A DNA stretch of 38,983 nt from Candidatus Gastranaerophilales bacterium (lineage in GTDB: Bacteria > Cyanobacteriota > Vampirovibrionia > Gastranaerophilales > Gastranaerophilaceae), in the NCBI GenBank assembly GCA_944324875.1, contig CALUXZ010000001.1:1-38983 (forward strand), given 5' to 3'. Made by a program: the position numbers and the translations under genes. Below, one piece after another: positions 6,481-15,192 of the stretch (positions are counted from its first letter, which is position 1; the number at the start of each line of letters is the position of its first letter). A model generated the notes under the pieces. The model was not told the origin of the DNA, did no database searches, and was given only the letters and a program-made list of their open reading frames with translations.

Positions 6481-6630
6481 TATTTTATCTTTACTATAAT
6501 AATCAACCATGTGTTTCATTAGCAGGAAATATCATCAACAAGCAAACAAGCCTATGAAAATAATATTTAAATTTTATTGCAAAACACAGCCAAAAACTGT
6601 ATTATTAAATTTTACTGACGGAGTTTCATT

Positions 6631-7200
6631 ATGAAGAAAATTTATTTATTAATAGCATTGTTAACGCTATGTATAAGTCAAGCAAATGCGCAGGTATTTA
6701 AAGGAAGAGCACTGGAAGAAATTTCAACAAAAAATCCGAGTGAAACAATCAGCGTAAAAGCAATTGACGATTTAAAACTTGAAAACGGCATTATTATTGA
6801 AAAAAAATCCATTATTACAGGCAAAATGACAGAGGTTACATCACCGGAAAAATTTCATAAGAATGCAAGTTTTACATTTATCCCCACGCAATACACTGAT
6901 CCAAACGGTATAACACATAAAATTGAAACAGAAGTAAAAGCGACATACAGGCAAAAATTAAAACCGGACTTTAAACACTCGGAAATAAGTTTTGGAATGA
7001 GCAGCGACGGTAAAGATCCCCTAAACTCTGCTTTTATATTTTCCCCTTCATATATTTCAAACACAAAAAAAATTATTCACGGTGAAGGAAAAGACGTCTG
7101 GGAAGACTACAAGAACAGAAACACGCCTTGGGGAAAGGGTGAGGAAATAAGTATTAAAACAAATGAGGTTATATACTTTAATTTTCCTGATGTCGAATAA
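6631..7200 (+). CDS. secreted hypothetical protein
   Basis: Signal peptide 'MKKIYLLIALLTLCISQANA|QV'. GGAG RBS 8 nt upstream. No catalytic motif recognised. Confidence 0.65.
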   Translation: MKKIYLLIALLTLCISQANAQVFKGRALEEISTKNPSETISVKAIDDLKLENGIIIEKKSIITGKMTEVTSPEKFHKNASFTFIPTQYTDPNGITHKIETEVKATYRQKLKPDFKHSEISFGMSSDGKDPLNSAFIFSPSYISNTKKIIHGEGKDVWEDYKNRNTPWGKGEEISIKTNEVIYFNFPDVE

Positions 7201-7216
7201 AAATTAAAATAACAAA

Positions 7217-7245
7217 TTGACTTTTAAAACATTTTTGCATATAAA
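7217..7245 (+). promoter_or_regulatory. sigma70-type promoter for the small peptide/MATE operon
   Basis: TTGACT (7217-7222), 17-nt spacer, TATAAA (7240-7245), 26 nt upstream of ATG 7272. Confidence 0.6.
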
Positions 7246-7271
7246 TATTTCGATAAAAGATAGGATAAAAA

Positions 7272-7526
7272 ATGTTTAAAAAAATATTAGGAGTAATTAT
7301 TTGCCTTTCAATAACATCTGTTTATTTAAGCGCAAATGCACATGGATTTAGCTGGTTTGGTTTAAGAAACAACGACACGGAAATTTTTATTGGCAACACA
7401 ACACACCCTGAGCCACCGCCACCACCCCACAAACATCATCCGAAAAAACACAAACCAAAACCAAAAAAACACAAACCGCCAAAAAAAGACCCGAAACATT
7501 GTAAGTTTTTTTGGTGGTGCAAATAA
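7272..7526 (+). CDS. secreted 84-aa precursor with Pro/Lys/His-rich cationic tail ending in CKFFWWCK
   Basis: Signal peptide 'MFKKILGVIICLSITSVYLSANA|HG'. Low-complexity 'HPEPPPPPHKHHPKKHKPKPKKHKPPKKDPKH' followed by a Cys-x5-Cys aromatic loop. The stop is 3 nt before the MATE ATG. Confidence 0.6.
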   Translation: MFKKILGVIICLSITSVYLSANAHGFSWFGLRNNDTEIFIGNTTHPEPPPPPHKHHPKKHKPKPKKHKPPKKDPKHCKFFWWCK

Positions 7527-7529
7527 AAA

Positions 7530-8906
7530 ATGATAAAAGATTTAACTAAAGGGGAGCCGTTAAAACTAATATTGTTATTTTCGGTGCCACTTCTGATAGG
7601 AAATATTTTTCAACAACTTTACAACATTGCAGACTTAGTTATCGTCGGCAGATTATTGGGTGTAGAGGCATTTGCCTCTGTAGGTGCTGTTGCGCCTTTA
7701 TTTTTTTTGATAACCTTCATTATAGTAGGTTTAACAAACGGTTTTGCCGTTATTACAGGGCAAAGATTTGGAGCAAAAGATACACAAGGTGTTAAAAATT
7801 CCGTTGTAATATCAACCATACTAAGCACTGTTGCAACCCTATTTTTTACAATAATTTGTTCAATTTTAATGCACCCTGTCCTATATATACTAAATGTACC
7901 GCAGAATATTTATGTAAATGCATATTGGTATATAGAAATAGTTGTAATAGGTTTGATTACGGCAACATTTTACAATTTACTTGCAAGCATTATAAGAGCA
8001 TTGGGAGATAGTAAAACTCCTTTGTATTTCTTAATAATAGCCTCGATAGTAAATATTTTTCTTGCACTTGCATTTATTGAAATTTTTAAAATGGGAGTAG
8101 CAGGTTCAGCAGTCGCCGTTGTGCTTTCACAGGGAATTTCGGTTATATTGTGCTTATTTTATGTAAAGAAAAAATTTCCAATACTGCATCTTAGAAAACA
8201 TGACTGGCTGATAAAATTTGACAAAAACTTTTATACATCCGCACTGGAACATTTGCGAGTAGGAATACCAATGTCGGTTCAATTTTCGATAATTGGCTTA
8301 GGTGTAATAGTAATACAAAGTGTATGTAATTCATTCGGCTCCAATGTTATAGCCGCAGTTACGGCTGCCCTCAGAATAGAACAAATTGCGACACTGCCTA
8401 TGGTATCCTTTGGGGTTGCGCTGGCATCATTTGTTGCACAAAACTTTGGTGCAAAAAAATTCAGAAGAATAAGGACAGGGGTAATTCATACCTCAATATT
8501 AAGCATAGCATTAAGCATTATAATGGCAATCATAATGCGCTTTTGGGGTGCAGACATTATAAGAGAGTTTATAGGCAGTGCAACAATTGAAATAATTGAA
8601 ATTGCACATCAATATCTTTTAATAAGCACTTTTTTCTATATTTTCCTTTCTCAAATATTTATATACAGAAATGCACTGCAAGGCATGGGGGAAGTTATTT
8701 TTCCACTGCTAGCAAGTATTGCGGAACTTCTAATGCGTGGTTTTGCCGCAGTTTATTTAGCAATAAAATTTGGCTATATCGGCATGTTTTACTCGGGTCC
8801 CATTGCCTGGGTAAGTGCGTGTATTGTACTTTCATTTGGTTACTTCAGAAGCATAAAACCAATTGTTTACAAAATTAAAGAACAAATCGCTCTTACAAAA
8901 GCCTAA
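7530..8906 (+). CDS. MATE family efflux transporter
   Basis: 458 aa, ~12 predicted TM segments. The N-terminus 'LILLFSVPLLIGNIFQQLYNIADLVIVGRLLG' is typical of MATE/NorM-like proteins. Confidence 0.85.
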   Translation: MIKDLTKGEPLKLILLFSVPLLIGNIFQQLYNIADLVIVGRLLGVEAFASVGAVAPLFFLITFIIVGLTNGFAVITGQRFGAKDTQGVKNSVVISTILSTVATLFFTIICSILMHPVLYILNVPQNIYVNAYWYIEIVVIGLITATFYNLLASIIRALGDSKTPLYFLIIASIVNIFLALAFIEIFKMGVAGSAVAVVLSQGISVILCLFYVKKKFPILHLRKHDWLIKFDKNFYTSALEHLRVGIPMSVQFSIIGLGVIVIQSVCNSFGSNVIAAVTAALRIEQIATLPMVSFGVALASFVAQNFGAKKFRRIRTGVIHTSILSIALSIIMAIIMRFWGADIIREFIGSATIEIIEIAHQYLLISTFFYIFLSQIFIYRNALQGMGEVIFPLLASIAELLMRGFAAVYLAIKFGYIGMFYSGPIAWVSACIVLSFGYFRSIKPIVYKIKEQIALTKA

Positions 8907-8908
8907 AG

Positions 8909-9490
8909 TTATTTGTTACGCTTATAAAAAATAAAACCACATGTTAATAAAAATAAAAATGCAAAAAATCCGACAATATATACTATTTTTTTAATTGATA
9001 TCTTATTAGAATTTTTCTTAATATCTTGTTTAACTAATATTTCATCAGAAATATTAGTTGACACTTGAGAATTTACATAAGATTTATGCAAAGGTTTATC
9101 TGCAAGTTTCATGTCTTTCTTATTTTCGGGAAGTAGATTATAATCAAAAATAAAATCAATGCTTATTTCATTAATACCTGAAATCTTGTCCGGAAATGGC
9201 TCAAGAGGAGAGGAATTATTAACAACCTGAAGTGCAAGTTTATTCATGTTCTCAGGACAATCAGAAGCCAAAATTTTGGCATTAGAAATATCTCCTGTAT
9301 TTTTAATATTAAAAAACAAATTAATTTTACACTCTTTGTTATGTCTGTTAAGCCCTTGTGCATTGTACCAAGAAGCCTTGATGTCTTTTTCAATCTTTTG
9401 TAAATAAGGTTTCCATACATCAGCATTGTCAATAGCAAAAACAGATGACGGAAATAGAATTAATATAAAAAGACAAAAGAATAATCTCAT
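8909..9490 (-). CDS. envelope protein with TonB/TolA C-terminal-like domain and C-terminal TM anchor
   Basis: N-terminal signal sequence. 'WKPYLQKIEKDIKASW ... INLFFNIKNTGDISNAKILASDCPENMNKLALQVVNNSSPLEPFP' resembles the TolA/TonB C-terminal pattern. C-terminal hydrophobic helix. Confidence 0.4.
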   Translation of the reverse strand: MRLFFCLFILILFPSSVFAIDNADVWKPYLQKIEKDIKASWYNAQGLNRHNKECKINLFFNIKNTGDISNAKILASDCPENMNKLALQVVNNSSPLEPFPDKISGINEISIDFIFDYNLLPENKKDMKLADKPLHKSYVNSQVSTNISDEILVKQDIKKNSNKISIKKIVYIVGFFAFLFLLTCGFIFYKRNK

Positions 9491-9555
9491 AATGAAAATA
9501 TAGCATTATTTTTAATTAATTCAAAATTGTAAAATTTTTATGATAATATAATTTT

Positions 9556-10392
9556 ATGCTTAGTGGGCCATTTTTAGAAAAAAATTTTATAGGTGCAACT
9601 GATGATTTCAAATCTTCAAAAATTGTCATGCTTGGTATGCCCTTTGACGGAACATGCACAAATCGCCCTGGTGCTCGTTTTGCCCCTCAACAAATAAGGG
9701 TTGAAAGTGTTGGTATAGAAGAATATTCTACTTATTTTAATACTAATCTTTCTGATTTATTATTTTTTGATGCAGGCGAGTTAGAATTGCCCTTTGGTGC
9801 ACCAAAAAAAGCTCTTGAAATAATAGAAAAAAATACGGATGAAATATACTCTGCAGATAAAAAAATACTGGGCATCGGAGGCGAACATCTTGTAACACTG
9901 GGCACAATAAAAGGCGTCTTAAAACACTATAGCAATATTGCAGTTGTACATTTTGATGCACATACGGACTTAAGAGAGCAGTATCTCGGAATAGAATTGA
10001 CTCACTCGGGTGTTATGTTGCAAATTGCAAAACTTATTGGTTTTGAAAACATAATGCAGATTGGAATTCGCTCGGGTGAAAAAGAAGAATTTGAGTTAAT
10101 GAAAAAATACTCTACACAAGCCTTTAAGCCAAGCGAACTTGAGAGATTCAAAAATAAAAAAATATTTGTCACCATTGATCTTGATGTGCTTGATCCCTCA
10201 ATTATGAGCGGAACAGGTACTCCGGAAGCAGGCGGTCTTACTTACAAAGAGCTTATGAGTTGGGTAACGGAACTAAAAAAATATAATATTATAGGTGCCG
10301 ATGTAGTTGAACTTGCTCCGGATTTGGATATAACAAAAGTATCTACCGCAACAGCTTGTAAACTTATAAGAGAAGTTTTAAACATTCTCTAG
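9556..10392 (+). CDS. speB: agmatinase (arginase/ureohydrolase family)
   Basis: Mn-binding motifs 'GGEHLVT', 'VHFDAHTDLR' and 'TIDLDVLDPS'. Confidence 0.85.
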   Translation: MLSGPFLEKNFIGATDDFKSSKIVMLGMPFDGTCTNRPGARFAPQQIRVESVGIEEYSTYFNTNLSDLLFFDAGELELPFGAPKKALEIIEKNTDEIYSADKKILGIGGEHLVTLGTIKGVLKHYSNIAVVHFDAHTDLREQYLGIELTHSGVMLQIAKLIGFENIMQIGIRSGEKEEFELMKKYSTQAFKPSELERFKNKKIFVTIDLDVLDPSIMSGTGTPEAGGLTYKELMSWVTELKKYNIIGADVVELAPDLDITKVSTATACKLIREVLNIL

Positions 10393-10912
10393 TTTTATCT
10401 TCCAAATCTTTTAAGGTTGCATTATTAACAATTACGCAATCACTCTTTTTGATTTTAATATCTTCGTCCTGTTGAGAATTTAACCTTAATAATGCATATT
10501 CTTTATCGTACCCGTTTCTTGCAATCAGTCTGCTTAATCTTAGATTATAAGGTGCACTCACAAAAACAATTTTATCAAACAGCTTGTCAAAACCGGATTC
10601 AAAAAGTTGAGGAACTGCAACAAAAAGAATGGAAGAATTAGGGTTATTGCAAAAAAAATCCAGTATTTTATCTTTAACAAGAGGATGTAAAATGTTCTCT
10701 AGCTGCTTAAGCTTCGCATTATCTTCAAATACTATGCTTGATAAGATTTTTCTGTCATTTGTACCAAAAAGGCGCACAATTTCTTCATTATTTTCAAGTA
10801 ATTTATGTGCGCACTCATCTGTGTCAAAAACTTTATAGCCTATGTTTGTAAGAATTTTTTGTACTTCAGACTTACCTGAAGCAATATTACCCGTTAAAGC
10901 AACCTTAATCAT
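10364..10912 (-). CDS. coaE: dephospho-CoA kinase
   Basis: 'IKVALTGNIASGKSEV' P-loop at the N-terminus; ~180 aa, typical CoaE length and layout. Confidence 0.8.
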   Translation of the reverse strand: MIKVALTGNIASGKSEVQKILTNIGYKVFDTDECAHKLLENNEEIVRLFGTNDRKILSSIVFEDNAKLKQLENILHPLVKDKILDFFCNNPNSSILFVAVPQLFESGFDKLFDKIVFVSAPYNLRLSRLIARNGYDKEYALLRLNSQQDEDIKIKKSDCVIVNNATLKDLEDKTRECLKLLL

Positions 10913-10938
10913 GACTTTATTTTACTTCAAAATCGTAG

Positions 10939-10967
10939 TATAATCCATAATGATTAATATGGAGGAG
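10939..10967 (+). promoter_or_regulatory. -10 box and RBS of the BI-1 family gene
   Basis: Consensus TATAAT at 10939-10944 (weak -35) and GGAGGAG RBS at 10961-10967, 5 nt before ATG 10973. Confidence 0.45.
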
Positions 10968-10972
10968 TAAAA

Positions 10973-11704
10973 ATGACATCAAATCCTATGACTCAAGGCA
11001 AAATCTATGATGGTGCCGTACTTGACGGACAACCCATGACTATATCAGGTGCGGTTAATAAAACTATTTTGCTTTTGTTAATTACTTTTGCCGTTGCAGC
11101 GTTCAGTTGGGTGCAAGCATTCAGCGGCTATATGGATAAAGTAATATTGCTTATGTGGGGCGGGATAATTGCAGGGTTGATACTCGCAATTATTATGCGA
11201 TTTAAACCGCAAAATGCAAAAATACTTTCAATTGCTTATGCCGTTTGCGAAGGGCTTGCAATTGGCGGTATTTCTGCAATGTATGAAATGCAACTTAAAG
11301 GTATTGTTGCCAATGCCGCATTAATAACTTTTCTTACTTTATTTATAATGCTAATTTTATACAAAATAGGCGTTATAAAAGCAACAGAAACCTTTAAGAA
11401 AGTCATATTTACCGCAACATTTTCAATTATGATATTTTATCTGGTAAGTATCGTAATAAGCTTTTTTAATCCAAATTTCATTACCGTATGGAACAGTGGC
11501 CCGTTGGGAATTGGGTTAAGTGTTATATTCTGCGCTGTTGCAGCATTAAATTTTATTCTTGACTTCAACTTTATTGAAGAAGGTGCACAAAAATTGGCAC
11601 CGAAATATTTTGAGTGGTTCGGCGCATTTTCACTGTTAGTAACAATTGTCTGGTTATATCTTGAACTGTTAAGGCTGCTTGCACAGCTGAGCAGAAATCG
11701 CTAG
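10973..11704 (+). CDS. Bax inhibitor-1/YccA family membrane protein
   Basis: 243 aa, 7 hydrophobic segments. The N-terminal 'SNPM...' leader and overall layout are typical of BI-1/YccA-like proteins. Confidence 0.7.
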   Translation: MTSNPMTQGKIYDGAVLDGQPMTISGAVNKTILLLLITFAVAAFSWVQAFSGYMDKVILLMWGGIIAGLILAIIMRFKPQNAKILSIAYAVCEGLAIGGISAMYEMQLKGIVANAALITFLTLFIMLILYKIGVIKATETFKKVIFTATFSIMIFYLVSIVISFFNPNFITVWNSGPLGIGLSVIFCAVAALNFILDFNFIEEGAQKLAPKYFEWFGAFSLLVTIVWLYLELLRLLAQLSRNR

Positions 11705-11707
11705 TAA

Positions 11708-14047
11708 ATGAACTATAAAAAAATAGTACAAAAAGAAATACCTGAAATAAACAAGGAGTTTGCCGACTATATCGGCGACTCTTTGCTGTCTGAATTGCTT
11801 GCCTTAAGGGGTATAAATACTATTGAACAGGCAAAAGAGTTTTTAAACCATGAAAATGCACAATTAAGTTCTTTGGATGTCTTTACACAAGGCGAAAAAG
11901 CACTAAACAGAATTTTAAAAGCAATTAACAACAAAGAAAAAATACTTGTATGGGGTGACTTTGATGCAGACGGTGTAACATCAAGCGCACTAATGTACAA
12001 AACGCTTAAAAAACTTCAGGCAAATTTTGAAATTTTTATACCGGACAGAGAAAAACACGGTCATGGTATAAATTCAAAAAAAGCCTTAGAACTAATTTCA
12101 AAACAAAAAATAAAAGTACTAATTACTGTTGACTGCGGAATTTCAAATGCAAAAGAAATTAAACTCATAAAATCACTGGGTGTAGATGTTATAATTACCG
12201 ACCATCATAAATTGGACGGTGAAACACCCGATGCATTTGCGATATTAAACCCTCAAGCACCAAATTCGCTTTGCGAAGATTTAAAAATAGCTCAAATTGA
12301 AAATTTGTGCAGGCTTGCAGGCGTTGGTGTAGCTTATAAATTAGCTCTTGCATTGCTTAATAAAAAGCAAGACGACGAACTTCTAACGCTTGCTTGCGTT
12401 GGCACAATATCCGATGTTGTCCCTCTTTTGGGTGAAAACAGAACCATTGTTGCAAAAGGCTTAAAATTAATTAATCAAAAATACCATAAAGGCATTGCAA
12501 AGTTGTTTGAAAATAACGGCAGAGAAAATATAACAAGCAATGACATAGCTTTTGTTTTAACACCAAGAATTAATGCCGTTGGCAGACTTAGTACACCTGA
12601 TTTAGCGTTCAATTTTTTAATTGAAGAAAACGACAATGCACTTGATTTTATAATTGAAAAATTAGATAACTTTAATAAAATAAGACAAAGTTTATGCGAA
12701 AATATATATCTTGAAGCCAATCAAATGGTACAAGAATCAAAACAAGACTCCGCAATAATTTTATACAATAAGGACTGGCATTTAGGGATAATAGGTATTG
12801 TTGCATCAAAAATACTTGAAGATAACTATAAACCCGTATTTATGATGACTTGCGATAACAACAATATTGGCAGATGTTCAATTCGCTCAACAGAAAACTA
12901 CAATGTGTATGAGATTTTAAAGAATAATGCCGATTTATTTTTAGGTTACGGCGGACATACGCTTGCAGGGGGCTTTTCATTCGACATAAATATACATTCT
13001 TTTGAAGAAATCAAGTCCGCAATACTAAAAACAATTGAAGAAATTGCGCCGACAGTCAAAACCAAAGATTACATTGAAGCGGATAAGTTTCTTGAAACGG
13101 AAGAAATAACTAAAGAATTAATTGACAAAATAAACATTCTGGAGCCTTGCGGACAAAATAATCCCTCGCCTGTTTTTGCAATAAAAAATGCAACACTTGA
13201 AAATATACGCATAATTGGCAAAAATTCAAATCACCTTAAAATAATTTGTCAAAAGGATGGACAAAATTTTGAATGTGTAAAATGGAACGAAAATTCCTTT
13301 GATATACCCATAAAAACTGCTCTGGATTTAGCCTTTTCACCAAGATTAAATATTTTCAACGGAGAAGAAAATATACAGCTTGAAATTATAGATGCGTATA
13401 ATGAACAAATTTGCACAAATAAAAATAAGATTAAAATTTATGACCACAGAAAAAAAGACGGGATACTTGCCCAAATATGCGAATATCTAAATAAGAACGG
13501 CTTAGATATAACCGTTTGGGCAAAAAACATTAAAACTCTTGAAACATTGGAAAAATATCCTGAAATTAAAAATAAAATATACAAAGACAACGATAAGCAT
13601 AACTCCATAATGCTTTTTGACTATCCGTCAAACCTCGAAGAATTTGAAACAATTTTAAAAAAAATAAGACCAAAAAAAATTCATATAATGAATGACAATT
13701 TTAATGAAAATATTGAACAATCCATAAAAATACTTTCCGGCATGCTAAAATTTTCCCATAACCATAAAAACGGCGAAATTGACATTTCAAAATTATCTCT
13801 TGCTTGTGGCACAAGTGAAACATTTATTCAACTTGCACTTGAAATACTGGAACAAATAGGGGCTATAGAAATTTTAGATGTTGATAAAATAAGATATATT
13901 GAACCTGCAGATATAAATAAGATGAAAAACCAAACGCTTTATGAAATTTTATGTGATGAATTTACAAAAATATTGGATTTCAAAAAACATCTTGCCGAGG
14001 ATGACCTCGACAAGATGTATGAAATTATTAATGGTTGTTTAATTTAA
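11708..14047 (+). CDS. recJ: single-stranded-DNA-specific exonuclease RecJ
   Basis: DHH family motifs 'WGDFDADGVTS', 'ITVDCG', 'IITDHHK' and 'GYGGHTLAGGFS'. Confidence 0.9.
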   Translation: MNYKKIVQKEIPEINKEFADYIGDSLLSELLALRGINTIEQAKEFLNHENAQLSSLDVFTQGEKALNRILKAINNKEKILVWGDFDADGVTSSALMYKTLKKLQANFEIFIPDREKHGHGINSKKALELISKQKIKVLITVDCGISNAKEIKLIKSLGVDVIITDHHKLDGETPDAFAILNPQAPNSLCEDLKIAQIENLCRLAGVGVAYKLALALLNKKQDDELLTLACVGTISDVVPLLGENRTIVAKGLKLINQKYHKGIAKLFENNGRENITSNDIAFVLTPRINAVGRLSTPDLAFNFLIEENDNALDFIIEKLDNFNKIRQSLCENIYLEANQMVQESKQDSAIILYNKDWHLGIIGIVASKILEDNYKPVFMMTCDNNNIGRCSIRSTENYNVYEILKNNADLFLGYGGHTLAGGFSFDINIHSFEEIKSAILKTIEEIAPTVKTKDYIEADKFLETEEITKELIDKINILEPCGQNNPSPVFAIKNATLENIRIIGKNSNHLKIICQKDGQNFECVKWNENSFDIPIKTALDLAFSPRLNIFNGEENIQLEIIDAYNEQICTNKNKIKIYDHRKKDGILAQICEYLNKNGLDITVWAKNIKTLETLEKYPEIKNKIYKDNDKHNSIMLFDYPSNLEEFETILKKIRPKKIHIMNDNFNENIEQSIKILSGMLKFSHNHKNGEIDISKLSLACGTSETFIQLALEILEQIGAIEILDVDKIRYIEPADINKMKNQTLYEILCDEFTKILDFKKHLAEDDLDKMYEIINGCLI

Positions 14048-14458
14048 CTATTTAGCCGATTGTTCATCAAAACTGGAATTAATATATTTTTTAGACTTTT
14101 CAATATTCTTTAGTTTCTTTTTTGTTTGACTAACATTCTTCTTTAAGTCTTTAATCTCGGCTGAAATTTGGTCTTCTTTTGTTTGAGCAGCAGTTAATAG
14201 CGAATTATAATTTATCAACTGCTCACGAATTTCTGCTGATGCATCATCAAGATTCGTAATTGCTTTTTTAAAGCTTTCTTCTTGAATAGTACCTGTGACT
14301 GTTGCTGTTTTTGCAGCAGGAGCAACGTCACCTACAGGTTCAAGGTTGATTTTTTGAACTTCTTCAACTGTGTCCATAGATTGAAAAACAGCATCTTGAG
14401 CGTAAGAAACGCAACTAAGTGCCATAAATGCCGATAATGCCAATACAATTTTTTTCAT
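14048..14458 (-). CDS. secreted coiled-coil hypothetical protein
   Basis: Signal peptide 'MKKIVLALSAFMALSCVSYA|QD'. The rest is charged and heptad-like. Confidence 0.55.
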   Translation of the reverse strand: MKKIVLALSAFMALSCVSYAQDAVFQSMDTVEEVQKINLEPVGDVAPAAKTATVTGTIQEESFKKAITNLDDASAEIREQLINYNSLLTAAQTKEDQISAEIKDLKKNVSQTKKKLKNIEKSKKYINSSFDEQSAK

Positions 14459-14540
14459 ATTCCACTTCTCCTTATTTTTATATTTTAACCCCGAAACAAC
14501 CTATGTGCAAGGTATTACAGATAAAAATCAATCAAATATA

Positions 14541-14568
14541 TTATTAAAAGGGGTATACCCCCATTTTT
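14541..14568 (-). terminator. rho-independent terminator after the ferredoxin gene (A-tract/T-tract flanked, potentially bidirectional)
   Basis: GGGG-TATA-CCCC hairpin (14550-14562), flanked by TTTTAATAA on the minus strand and ATTTTTTT on the plus strand. Confidence 0.6.
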
Positions 14569-14751
14569 TTAGATATCTTCAACCCATATTGCATTAACTG
14601 GACAAATTAGTGCCGCATCAATGCAGTCTTGTTCATTACCCTTAATTTTTGACTCATCAACATGCGCTATATTATCTACATGGAAAACTTCGGGGTTAAT
14701 TGCTTCACATGCGCCACATGCCGTGCAGCCATCCATTATTGAAACTATCAT
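14569..14751 (-). CDS. small ferredoxin
   Basis: 'CTACGACEAINPE ... CIDAALICPVNAI' Cys clusters. ATG 14751 is preceded by AAGGAG; the track's GTG at 14769 includes that RBS. Confidence 0.8.
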   Translation of the reverse strand: MIVSIMDGCTACGACEAINPEVFHVDNIAHVDESKIKGNEQDCIDAALICPVNAIWVEDI

Positions 14752-14813
14752 TTTATATCTCCTTGTCACTCAATGTCACAAGTTATATTAAAATATAATT
14801 TATAAGTATTGTA

Positions 14814-15143
14814 CTACCCGATTGGGTGTAAATTTTGTTTATTCAAATATCTGCTACACTGCTCAATACGATTATAACCAAGCATTATGCCAAGAATAAA
14901 ATCTTCATGCGGACTTAGTTTTGACAAATCTTTTTGAATTAAGCCTTTTGCAAGCTCGACACAAACATTATTACCAAAAAAGATATTTATCTTATTATTA
15001 ACTTTTTGCAAACAATAAAAAAGATTATTTTTAATGATTTTATCAATACATTTGTCTGCCATATTTATTGGAACAGTAACTAAGGCCAAGGGTTTTGTAC
15101 CTTTTTTTATTTCATAAATATAAGTACTTATTACACTATCCAT
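14814..15143 (-). CDS. DUF2023-like protein
   Basis: 'IYEIKKGTKPLALVTV' and 'HEDFILGIMLGYNRIEQCSRYL' resemble, from memory, the DUF2023 pattern (iYEykKGlR.L.L.T ... eDFiLG.LLGY...QC.RY). ATG 15143 is preceded by AAGGAGAG. Confidence 0.55.
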   Translation of the reverse strand: MDSVISTYIYEIKKGTKPLALVTVPINMADKCIDKIIKNNLFYCLQKVNNKINIFFGNNVCVELAKGLIQKDLSKLSPHEDFILGIMLGYNRIEQCSRYLNKQNLHPIG

Positions 15144-15192
15144 AAAACTCTCCTTAAACAGATAAGACTGCAAAAAGGAGTTTTTGTTTCAT

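Noticed and set aside
6322-6519. 65-aa minus-strand ORF in the gene-poor region
   Set aside because: It has no RBS and contains a perfect 9-bp hairpin plus T-run (6448-6480) in its middle. It sits in otherwise non-coding AT-rich DNA, so I treat it as spurious.
6598-6606. TGTATTATT 9-mer upstream of gene 6631, matching the core of the 14-bp boxes
   Set aside because: A 9-mer of this composition is expected by chance once or twice in a window this size, and the flanks do not match the box consensus.
7443-7487. A6-A7 homopolymer tracts in the cationic peptide gene as possible slipped-strand phase-variation sites
   Set aside because: The tracts are short (7 nt or fewer) and are simply runs of Lys codons (AAA) in a Lys-rich segment. 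There is no evidence of length heterogeneity from a single sequence.
10364-10392. Convergent gene pairs overlapping at their 3' ends (speB/coaE 29 nt; HI0933-like/corA 20 nt at 28122-28141; recombinase/P-loop 12 nt at 4400-4411)
   Set aside because: This fits the generally very compact gene packing of the window. No extra structure or conserved element is visible in the overlaps, so it is probably just genome compaction.
11708-14047. RecJ looks long (779 aa) with a ~200-aa C-terminal extension
   Set aside because: Long RecJ forms of about this size are normal in several low-GC lineages (for example Bacillus-type RecJ). All DHH/DHHA1 motifs are intact, so this is not unusual.
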